A DNA stretch of 64,000 nt from IMG/VR virus record IMGVR_UViG_3300031963_000013. The stretch is one strand, 5' to 3'. This document shows positions 40,406 to 48,141 of this stretch, piece after piece; the stretch's first letter is position 1; each line of letters starts with the position of its first letter. The notes beneath the pieces are model-generated. The model saw only the letters and a list, made by a program, of their open reading frames with translations, was not told where the DNA came from and made no database searches. A program made the translations under genes and the position numbers. The stretch is from a virus.

Positions 40406-40512
40406 AGTCAGGTGGCGGAATTGGTGTCAATTAAGTTACTCAAAAGGTTGTAAAGCTTGAATGTGGTACATTCTGTTGCTACTTAATATAGGTTCGAATC
40501 CTGTCCTGACTA
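40406..40512 (+). ncRNA. tRNA-like element with variable core (copy 4)
   Basis: AGTCAGGTGGCGGAATTGGT ... AGGTTCGAATCCTGTCCTGACTA. Confidence 0.7.
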
Positions 40513-40540
40513 CTAAATAAATATTAAAAATCAAATAACT

Positions 40541-40765
40541 ATGGCACAACAAACAGCAGTAGAATTTTTAATAAAAGCATTTCAAGGTGCTTATGGAGAT
40601 AAAGTAATAAATGTAGTATCTGTACAAGTTGAACAAGCCAAAGAAATGGAAAAGGAACAGATAATAGATGCTTTTGGTGTTGGTTGTCAAGTTGAATCAA
40701 CAAGACTAATTGGTTATCAAGGTATGGCAGAACAATACTACAACGAAACCTTTAAATCAGAATAA
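40541..40765 (+). CDS. Modular hypothetical protein (QTAVE family)
   Basis: 5' ~100 nt identical to the 25793 ORF. Confidence 0.7.
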   Translation: MAQQTAVEFLIKAFQGAYGDKVINVVSVQVEQAKEMEKEQIIDAFGVGCQVESTRLIGYQGMAEQYYNETFKSE

Positions 40766-40766
40766 G

Positions 40767-41432
40767 ATGAAAAACATTCACGTATTACCAACAGACAAAC
40801 CAACTGGTATATTTAAATCGGGTGATAATTTACTTTTTTCTATTACGGATAAAGTAAGAACAACCAATGAAGGATTTTACATCTACATCACTTCTGATGA
40901 AGAAATTAAAGAAGGGGATTGGTATTATAATTATAAAACTAATACAATTCAAAGAAGAACTGAAGGTACTAACAATGAATCTTATATAGGATTTAAAAAA
41001 ATCATTCTAACAACAGACCAAGACTTAATTAAAGATGGTGTACAAGCTATTGATGATGAGTTTTTAGAATGGTTTGTTAAGAATCCAAGTTGTGAGAGTG
41101 TTGATGTTGAGAGTAATTACAGAGTAAAATCTGGTACTATTCAAGAACATAATGAAGGTAAAGCAGGTTATGAATATTATGAGTACAAAATAATCATTCC
41201 AAAAGAAGAACCTAAACAAGAAACACTTGAAGAAGCTGAACAAAAAACACCTGATGAGTATTTACAAGTATGTAAATATTGTAGTTCTGAAGAAGTTGCA
41301 AGATGTAAATGGGTAAATGTAAATACAGAAGAAATTTATTCTGCTGATTCAGGAACTAATCTTGAATGGTGTTTTGATTGTAAAAGTGAAACTAATATAA
41401 TAGATAAAAAAGATTATGAAACTAAAATTTAG
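40767..41432 (+). CDS. Modular hypothetical protein with C-terminal Zn-ribbon
   Basis: Paralog of the 24660 ORF, with a CKYC...CFDC tail. Confidence 0.75.
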   Translation: MKNIHVLPTDKPTGIFKSGDNLLFSITDKVRTTNEGFYIYITSDEEIKEGDWYYNYKTNTIQRRTEGTNNESYIGFKKIILTTDQDLIKDGVQAIDDEFLEWFVKNPSCESVDVESNYRVKSGTIQEHNEGKAGYEYYEYKIIIPKEEPKQETLEEAEQKTPDEYLQVCKYCSSEEVARCKWVNVNTEEIYSADSGTNLEWCFDCKSETNIIDKKDYETKI

Positions 41433-41631
41433 TAGAGTTCAAGAAGTTGAAGTTCAATTAAAAAGAGAGCCAACAATTGAAGAACTAAAAATCCTTTTAG
41501 GTAAAGATGATGAAGCAACTATGTTTGATTTACCAGAAGATTTAATTGATTGGAATAGTGAAGATGTAGTAGGTGAAGATTATTCTAGTCATTGTAATAT
41601 CTATATCCCTCGTCCAGAAATAATTAATTAG
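41416..41631 (+). CDS. Hypothetical protein
   Basis: Overlapping ORF. Confidence 0.55.
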   Translation: MKLKFSRVQEVEVQLKREPTIEELKILLGKDDEATMFDLPEDLIDWNSEDVVGEDYSSHCNIYIPRPEIIN

Positions 41632-41786
41632 TAAATTATGACAAAAATAGAAATTAAATTAAATGTAGTCGCTGGCTCAACAGAGCATCATAAGTTGATA
41701 GCGTTTTTGCACGACAACCTTTATGAATTTTCGTCAAAGCCCAATGGCACAAAACCCCTTGTTATGTGTCAGTTAATATTATTAAA

Positions 41787-41903
41787 ATGGTAACAATTAA
41801 AACAAAACACGGAGAGTTTAAATACAAAGATTGGCAATGGAACTTGGCTTGGTTACTGGTCTTTTTATGTGGAGTAGCTGTTGGAATTATAGGTGGTCTT
41901 TAA
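41787..41903 (+). CDS. 38-aa membrane peptide (cassette 1)
   Basis: MVTIKTKHGEFKYKDWQWNLAWLLVFLCGVAVGIIGGL; the stop abuts the site. Confidence 0.55.
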   Translation: MVTIKTKHGEFKYKDWQWNLAWLLVFLCGVAVGIIGGL

Positions 41904-42010
41904 TGGCACATAACGCTTGGCGGCTTTGCGAAGTGGGTAGAAAAGGCAGCTTTTGCCAAACCCGTGTTATGCGTTCGGGCGGTATTTGAAAACGAATTAA
42001 ATTTTAAAAT

Positions 42011-42544
42011 ATGAATAGTAAAATAATCAGCTTTGCAATAGAAGCCCACAACAAAGTAAACCACCTGTATGATGGCAAACCTTATTCCGTCCATTTGTCA
42101 ATGGTTGCACATTATGCAGTAAAGTATATTGATGCAATACCTCAACAATGCTGGGGAACTGTATTAAATGCTGCATGGTTACATGATACTATTGAAGATT
42201 GCAGACTTACTTACAATGATGTAAAAGAAGTTGCAGGGTATGAAGTTGCTGAAATCGTTTACGCTTTAACAAACGATAAGGGTAAAAACAGAAAAGAACG
42301 TGCTGGCGAAAATTATTACAAAGGTATTCGTGAAACAGCTTGGGCAAAGTATGTAAAGTTATGTGATAGGCTTGCTAATGTAAAATATTCAGTTGATACC
42401 AATTCTCGAATGTTGGAAGTTTACAGAAAAGAAAATGCAAGTTTTTTAACTGGTTTAATGTCGGGCAGTTCTGATGCCTTAATTTATAAATACCCGTTGG
42501 AAGAATTAGACACATTGCTTTATGGCGTGTCAAAGGTAGCATGA
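42011..42544 (+). CDS. HD-domain hydrolase, small alarmone hydrolase/Mesh1-like (cassette 2)
   Basis: PYSVHL, AAWLHDTIED, ALT and VKLCDRLAN motifs. Confidence 0.8.
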   Translation: MNSKIISFAIEAHNKVNHLYDGKPYSVHLSMVAHYAVKYIDAIPQQCWGTVLNAAWLHDTIEDCRLTYNDVKEVAGYEVAEIVYALTNDKGKNRKERAGENYYKGIRETAWAKYVKLCDRLANVKYSVDTNSRMLEVYRKENASFLTGLMSGSSDALIYKYPLEELDTLLYGVSKVA

Positions 42545-42607
42545 CCACCAACGTGGTAGCATTGTTTTTGTGCTGATATTTTTTAACTAAAAACTCAATT
42601 ACTTAAT

Positions 42608-42982
42608 ATGGATAATAGCAATTCAAAACTTGAAGGTACTTCCGAAAGCCAGCATAAGAACAATGCAATGTTACCTGCCGTTTCTGATATGGAGTATATT
42701 TTATGTGCAGCAATTTGGTTTGATGATGGTGAGCAATATGAGCATCAGCCTAAAAATATTACTACTGGGCTTGTTTTTTGCGGCTATAGACACGGATGTA
42801 TTTTTCAGCAGATAGGTGGCACGATGGGAGAAAGGAAACAGCTCGGTATTTATGAAAAGGAGCAGGGCTTTTTGACGAATAGAAATCGTTTTGTTGATAG
42901 AGAAGAGGCCGCAAAAATTGCATTACAGGCGAACCAAATTGCAGAACCATTACTTAGGCTATTCAGCGAGGATTTATACTAA
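42608..42982 (+). CDS. Hypothetical phage protein (cassette 3; start uncertain)
   Basis: ILCAAIW...GYRH...QGFLT..NRFVDREEA...LFSEDLY. Confidence 0.7.
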   Translation: MDNSNSKLEGTSESQHKNNAMLPAVSDMEYILCAAIWFDDGEQYEHQPKNITTGLVFCGYRHGCIFQQIGGTMGERKQLGIYEKEQGFLTNRNRFVDREEAAKIALQANQIAEPLLRLFSEDLY

Positions 42983-43099
42983 TGTTCGCAATGGCAGTGT
43001 AACGTCAGGTATTTGTGAAGGCGGCACGAATACCCTTTAAATTAACCGCAAGTGTCCAGCCGCTTGCACAAATACCCTTGTTATAGGGCGTTTATTATT

Positions 43100-43414
43100 A
43101 TGTCAGGAGGAAGATTTGATTATACACAATATCACATCAACACTATTGCGGATAGTATTGAAAGTGAATTAGAACGTCAGGGCAAAGAAAAGCCTAAAGA
43201 CGAATTGTATTTTGATAAGGAATACTTAGAAAAATACCCAGAAGAAAAGTATTACTATATTCATCCATTAGAGGTGCAAAATGAAATGCGAAAAGCTATC
43301 AAAATACTTCGTCAGGCTTCAGTCTATGCCCAACGAGTTGATTGGTATTTGTCTGGGGATGATGGAGATGAAAACTTCTTAAAGCGTTTGAAGGCTGAAT
43401 TAAATGCCCTATAA
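43100..43414 (+). CDS. Hypothetical phage protein (cassette 4)
   Basis: MSGGRFDY...RVDWYLSGDDG; the stop TAA lies inside CTATAAC. Confidence 0.75.
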   Translation: MSGGRFDYTQYHINTIADSIESELERQGKEKPKDELYFDKEYLEKYPEEKYYYIHPLEVQNEMRKAIKILRQASVYAQRVDWYLSGDDGDENFLKRLKAELNAL

Positions 43415-43482
43415 CGGATAGGTATTACTGCCGCCTGTGAATTGGCAGTGCAACAGTATTTAACAATTAAACAGTTTACAAT

Positions 43483-43695
43483 ATGCAAAACAGTACAGAA
43501 AAGAACGTCAGCACAGGTGGAAGTAATACCAATGTTATACGCCGTTTGTCACGATGGCTAAAAATTAGAATGTTAAAGACAAAGATGTATAACCTTGATT
43601 GCGATATGATGTTTTTTGCAATCCCGTTTTCGCAGTATGAAAAAGAAATGGAAGCGTACCAAAATGAATTAGAGTGCTTGTCAAATGGCGTATAA
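43483..43695 (+). CDS. Hypothetical protein (cassette 5), started within the upstream hairpin loop
   Basis: ATG in the loop reads through GTT; the stop lies inside GTATAAC. Confidence 0.55.
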   Translation: MQNSTEKNVSTGGSNTNVIRRLSRWLKIRMLKTKMYNLDCDMMFFAIPFSQYEKEMEAYQNELECLSNGV

Positions 43696-43771
43696 CGTTT
43701 TGCAGGTTGCTTTAGTGGCGACCTTAACAGATAAACTTGATTAGAATTACAAACTTTAAATAAACAAAGAT

Positions 43772-43975
43772 ATGTCAAAAGAAAACGAAACTAAGCCATT
43801 GAAGCAACCTGATGTTAGCAGTAGTGCGGATTACGAGGGATTTTACACTCATTTAAAAGAGTATGAAGAAAATGGAATATCCACAAGTTTTAAAGACTTG
43901 GTAAGGTTGGCAAAACAATACAATTGTGAAATACCAAAAGTGGTAGATGGAAAACTTGTGTTTAAAACGATATAG
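43772..43975 (+). CDS. Hypothetical protein (cassette 6), started within the upstream hairpin loop
   Basis: The only ATG is in the loop; reads through the arm (KPLKQPDVSSS). Confidence 0.6.
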   Translation: MSKENETKPLKQPDVSSSADYEGFYTHLKEYEENGISTSFKDLVRLAKQYNCEIPKVVDGKLVFKTI

Positions 43976-43988
43976 CATTACTAATAAT

Positions 43989-44070
43989 GCCCCGTTGGTG
44001 AAATTGGTAGACACACCAGACTTAGGATCTGGTGCCGAAAGGTGTGAGAGTTCGAGTCTCTCATGGGGCA
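43989..44070 (+). tRNA. tRNA-Leu(TAG)
   Basis: CCAGA-CTTAGGA-TCTGG anticodon arm and class II variable arm. Confidence 0.92.
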
Positions 44071-44092
44071 CAAAACTTTAAATAAACACAAT

Positions 44093-44326
44093 ATGATGCT
44101 AGAACAAATCATTGGAATTTACGTTACGGTAGGGATAGTCGTAGCGATAATAAACGGAGCAATAAGGAACATTGAAGCAGACGCACTGTTGGGTTTTGCG
44201 TGGATAATCGTTTGGCCTCTCACCCCCATCGGGTACCTTGCAAGACTGCTGATATACGTCCATCAGGCGGTGAAGGCGTACCAACCATACAGACGTACGA
44301 AAATCTATTTCTTGAAAAGGTTTTAA
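44093..44326 (+). CDS. Small membrane protein
   Basis: Two hydrophobic segments. Confidence 0.55.
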   Translation: MMLEQIIGIYVTVGIVVAIINGAIRNIEADALLGFAWIIVWPLTPIGYLARLLIYVHQAVKAYQPYRRTKIYFLKRF

Positions 44327-44339
44327 AGTCTGTCTTCTG

Positions 44340-44411
44340 GGTTCCATAGTTCAATGGAAAGAACGACCGCCTTCTAAGCAGTAGATCCAAGTTCGATTCT
44401 TGGTGGAACTA
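44340..44411 (+). tRNA. tRNA-Arg(TCT)
   Basis: GGTTCCA/TGGAACT acceptor and CTTCTAA anticodon loop. Confidence 0.85.
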
Positions 44412-44623
44412 CTAATCGTTTACACTAAAAACTTATATATGAAATATTTTGTAGCTTTAGGTATATTAGCAATTGCAGGCCTAGTTTGGGCTTGGATAAT
44501 CGGAATAGCGGAGATGAACGATATCCACCCAGAATACAAAGGCGAAGACTTTTTGGATTGGGACGATAACAAAAACCACACCGAAGGAGAAATATAAGAT
44601 GCTACACAATAAAGTAAAAGTAT

Positions 44624-45694
44624 ATGGGACTTATGAATAACATAGACAAACAATACCAAGCATTACTTCAAGACATACTTGATAACGGTGTAAAAAAACA
44701 AGACCGTACAGGTACAGGAACGTTAAGTGTATTTGGAAGACAGATACGACACAAAATGAGCGATGGGTTTCCATTACTTACAACTAAAAAGATGTACTTC
44801 AAAGGCATTGTAACTGAGTTACTTTGGTTCCTTAGAGGTGATACAAACATCAAATACCTAGTTGATAACAATTGTCATATTTGGGATGGTGATGCTTATA
44901 AGAACTATTGTAAAAGTTTTGAACCAACAGATAGTCCGTATGATTTTAGAATTAAAGGTTTATTTGGTGGACCTCTTACACAACAGGAGTTTATCAACAA
45001 AATAAAAACAGATGATGAGTTTGCTAAGACGTGGGGTGAGTTAGGTCCAATTTACGGTAAGCAATGGAGACAATGGGAATATCAATATGGGGATGAATAT
45101 AGTGGTGGTCATCATTTACCAACATTAAAAAAACAAATAGACCAAATCCAAAATCTAATCAACGACCTTAAAACAAACCCAGACTCAAGACGATTAATGG
45201 TTAACGCTTGGAACGTAGGTGAATTAGATCAAATGGTACTTCCACCTTGTCATTATGGATTTCAAGTTTATACAAGAGAATTGAATAATCAAGAAAGATA
45301 TCATTTATTCAGAATACAGGATGAAGATATAAATCCTTATAAAACAATAAACGATACACCAACCAGAGCAATATCTTTAATGTGGAATCAACGTTCAGTA
45401 GATACATTCTTGGGCTTACCATTCAACATTGCTTCTTATGGTTTACTACTTGAAATAATTGCTAAAGAAGTTAATATGATTCCAGATGAATTGATTGGTA
45501 ACTTGGGTGATGTACATTTATATAGTAATCACATTGAGCAAGCAAAGGAACAAATTACTAGAACGCCATTTGAATTGCCTATATTGGCCATAATAAATGA
45601 TCCTAAATTAAAATTTGATGAACTTACTTTAGATAATTTTGCATTAATAAAATACCAAGCACACCCAGCAATTAAAGCACCTCTTTCTAATTAA
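44624..45694 (+). CDS. thyA: Thymidylate synthase
   Basis: DRTGTGT, ELLWFLRG, LGPIYGKQWR, LPPCH and QRSVDTFLGLPFNIASY motifs. Confidence 0.97.
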   Translation: MGLMNNIDKQYQALLQDILDNGVKKQDRTGTGTLSVFGRQIRHKMSDGFPLLTTKKMYFKGIVTELLWFLRGDTNIKYLVDNNCHIWDGDAYKNYCKSFEPTDSPYDFRIKGLFGGPLTQQEFINKIKTDDEFAKTWGELGPIYGKQWRQWEYQYGDEYSGGHHLPTLKKQIDQIQNLINDLKTNPDSRRLMVNAWNVGELDQMVLPPCHYGFQVYTRELNNQERYHLFRIQDEDINPYKTINDTPTRAISLMWNQRSVDTFLGLPFNIASYGLLLEIIAKEVNMIPDELIGNLGDVHLYSNHIEQAKEQITRTPFELPILAIINDPKLKFDELTLDNFALIKYQAHPAIKAPLSN

Positions 45695-45706
45695 AAAATA
45701 ATAGTT

Positions 45707-45922
45707 ATGGCAAAGTTTTATGTAAAAGACAAGTACAGAACTAATCCGCTGTCTTTGAAACCGGGCGGACACACGGTGAGCGTTGAATTCGAAAACGGAG
45801 ACGTGTTAAGTTACAACAAGATCAAAAGCCCAAAGGCGTACATTAAATCGCTGAACAACGACGAAGTTAGGGGAAAAATAGTAAGAGTTGTAGTGGACGG
45901 CGAACCTTTACTCGATTGGTGA
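45707..45922 (+). CDS. Hypothetical protein
   Basis: AGTTATG start context. Confidence 0.65.
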   Translation: MAKFYVKDKYRTNPLSLKPGGHTVSVEFENGDVLSYNKIKSPKAYIKSLNNDEVRGKIVRVVVDGEPLLDW

Positions 45923-45946
45923 TATTTATAGATAAACAGAAACAAA

Positions 45947-46366
45947 ATGGCAGATAAATTTAACTTACAGGGATACTTAAAGAAGAACGCTTTGTTAAAC
46001 GAGAATCTTGGTGCATCAATGGGAGAAGATCAAGAAAGCCTAAAAGAGGCGACTGATAATGAACTGTCTTCTTATTTAAAGGCTGCTGCTGAAAAATGTT
46101 TTGTCAAAGGGGGGAACGGTCAGAACTTATTAGACTGCTTAAGCGAAGCGGCCGCTTTCATAGGTGCATATATGACTACTAGCGCAAGAATGAGCCCAGA
46201 AGAACCTGGTTTCTATACAGATAAAACAGCTGTGGCGTTTAAGAATCTAGTTAACGCTATGGTTCAAGACGAAATTACAAACAATCATGTAAGTAAATAC
46301 GGAGCCGGTGGTGATATGGATGATGACGGCGATTACGATAATTTCATAAAATCAGTAAACAGATAA
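45947..46366 (+). CDS. Putative late/internal virion protein
   Basis: ATATTTAT upstream; N-terminus FNL.GYLK.N.LLNEN is shared with the next gene. Confidence 0.5.
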   Translation: MADKFNLQGYLKKNALLNENLGASMGEDQESLKEATDNELSSYLKAAAEKCFVKGGNGQNLLDCLSEAAAFIGAYMTTSARMSPEEPGFYTDKTAVAFKNLVNAMVQDEITNNHVSKYGAGGDMDDDGDYDNFIKSVNR

Positions 46367-46376
46367 TAAATAAAAA

Positions 46377-47045
46377 ATGAAAGACAATTTTAACTTAACC
46401 GGGTTCTTGAAAGGGAACAAATTACTGAACGAAAACATAGGTGGATACGTAGACATTAAACCCGTAAACGAAGAAATGGGTACAGCTATGGAAGATCTTA
46501 AAAAGCCTTCTAAAGTGTACACAGACGATTGGGTACGTTCAGCTATAGAGAGCAAGTTGGGATCTTGGACGTTTGACTACGATTATATGAGCGGAGTTTA
46601 CATGTGGACCCACGACGATATAGATCCTGAAGACCTTGTTGTGTACGCGACTCCGGGTTTTGACGGAGAAGAAGGCATCGCTGGAGAGGTTAATTTGGGA
46701 TTCGGAGATAGAGTGGTAGACCAAGAAGTTTTTGGAGATGCGTCTTACCCCGATTTTGAATCTTACGCGGCAGCTGTGAAGCCCTATTTGGATAAGGTCG
46801 AAGACAAATACAACGACGGCGAATACGCAGAAGATATAGAATCAACGTACAAACGTGGTGTTAGTTTAAAAAGAGAAGAGATCGGTACAGCTATGGAAGA
46901 AGACGATACGGAGGATTTCGGTACTACAGACGATCGAATTATGGGATTGGGCGGAGACAGACTATTGGCTGCAGCTCAGTTTCTTATTGACGATGGTTTC
47001 GAGCTCGAAGATCTTATGGACTTCTTGCGCAACAAACTTGCATAA
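46377..47045 (+). CDS. Putative late/internal virion protein (acidic)
   Basis: FNLTGFLKGNKLLNEN and an internal EE.GTAME repeat. Confidence 0.5.
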   Translation: MKDNFNLTGFLKGNKLLNENIGGYVDIKPVNEEMGTAMEDLKKPSKVYTDDWVRSAIESKLGSWTFDYDYMSGVYMWTHDDIDPEDLVVYATPGFDGEEGIAGEVNLGFGDRVVDQEVFGDASYPDFESYAAAVKPYLDKVEDKYNDGEYAEDIESTYKRGVSLKREEIGTAMEEDDTEDFGTTDDRIMGLGGDRLLAAAQFLIDDGFELEDLMDFLRNKLA

Positions 47046-47065
47046 CAACACAAAAATCTATACGT

Positions 47066-47094
47066 AAAAGACCCTATCTTTGGGGTCTTTTTTT
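47066..47094 (+). terminator. Rho-independent terminator
   Basis: AAAAGACCC...GGGTCTTTTTTT. Confidence 0.7.
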
Positions 47095-47162
47095 CGTTTG
47101 TACTTGAAAGATAAGCTTAGTTGTTTGAGAACTATTTGTTAATTTAGTATACAATCAAAGTT

Positions 47163-47927
47163 ATGAGACTACAAACTTCCCCGTACGAAACAAGGCAAGA
47201 AGAGTACAGAGACGATCCGTGGAAAATGTTAATGGTGTGTTTCATGCTCAACCAGACAAGCCACAAACAGGTCGACCAGGTTCGCCACGAGTTCTTTCAA
47301 AGGTATCCAAACGCAGAAGCGTTGTTAGAAGCAGAAGAATCAGAGATAGCGTCGGTGATAAAAACACTGGGCTTCTATAACCGAAGAGCAAAGGCGTGGA
47401 AGCGGTTCAGCAAACAGTGGATAGAAGCAGTAGAAGAATACGGTACTTCGGTTCCCATATCAGTTTTACAAGACATGAAAGGTGTGGGTAGGTACGCTTT
47501 AGATTCGTGGAAAGTGTTTCAATTGTTTCAGTACGACATCGAAGTTGACGATCACGTTCTAAACTGGTACGTCGATTGGGCAAGACAGGAGGTCGAGAGG
47601 TTAAAGAGGGAAAGTTCTCCGTGGAAACCGATGGTTGTGTATTACCTTCACTACAAGGACGATCGTTACTTCATAAACAATTGGAACAAATTGGGAGACT
47701 ACGTCTGCTGCGTCATGGCAAGGACAATGGGGGAGGCGATAGAAAAGACACGGAAGATCGCGTTGAACCAGAAGGGCGCAATGAACATCAAGATCATGGG
47801 AATAAGCAAAGGCAAAGAAGAGTGGGTGAACGAAGAGAGTCCATCGGTTACTAACGAAGATATCTACACTAAACACATAACAGCGTTGTTCGAAAGAATT
47901 AAAATAAAAGCAGCACAACATGGTTAA
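47163..47927 (+). CDS. MBD4-like HhH DNA glycosylase with extra C-terminal domain
   Basis: DPWKMLMVCFMLNQT, LGFYNRRAK, GVGRYALDSWKVF and DHVLNWYVDW. Confidence 0.8.
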   Translation: MRLQTSPYETRQEEYRDDPWKMLMVCFMLNQTSHKQVDQVRHEFFQRYPNAEALLEAEESEIASVIKTLGFYNRRAKAWKRFSKQWIEAVEEYGTSVPISVLQDMKGVGRYALDSWKVFQLFQYDIEVDDHVLNWYVDWARQEVERLKRESSPWKPMVVYYLHYKDDRYFINNWNKLGDYVCCVMARTMGEAIEKTRKIALNQKGAMNIKIMGISKGKEEWVNEESPSVTNEDIYTKHITALFERIKIKAAQHG

Positions 47928-48141
47928 AGAAGGATACATAGAAATGATTAAAGATAGGCTTCAGTGGTGCATAGACACAGAAAGGTACGAAATGGCGGCA
48001 AGGCTGAGGGATCAAATACGTTTACACAGCACAAGAGAGGGAGAAGACGAAGAGTGGAAACAACAGTACTACTTAAGCTTAGCTAAAAAATACGCGCCTG
48101 AATTTTGCGAATTATTTAATAAAACAAACAAAAATGGATAA
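47920..48141 (+). CDS. UVR-motif protein
   Basis: ERYEMAARLRDQI. Confidence 0.65.
   Translation: MVKEGYIEMIKDRLQWCIDTERYEMAARLRDQIRLHSTREGEDEEWKQQYYLSLAKKYAPEFCELFNKTNKNG

Larger units (their letters stand above)
41761..43988 (+). mobile_element. Integron-like gene-cassette array (six cassettes, five complete attC-like hairpins)
   Basis: AAC...GTT bounded hairpins at 41912-41968, 42550-42672, 43001-43082, 43413-43536 and 43694-43816, with one ORF per unit. Confidence 0.75.

Noticed and set aside
39771-40512. tRNA-like repeats as CRISPR or tmRNA
   Set aside because: The repeats are tRNA arms. There is no Ala G-U acceptor or tag ORF, and they are too short for tmRNA.
41912-43816. Hairpins as simple rho-independent terminators or REP elements
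   Set aside because: They have large loops, no U tracts and different sequences. Complementarity to each unit's own 5' end is not explained by terminators.
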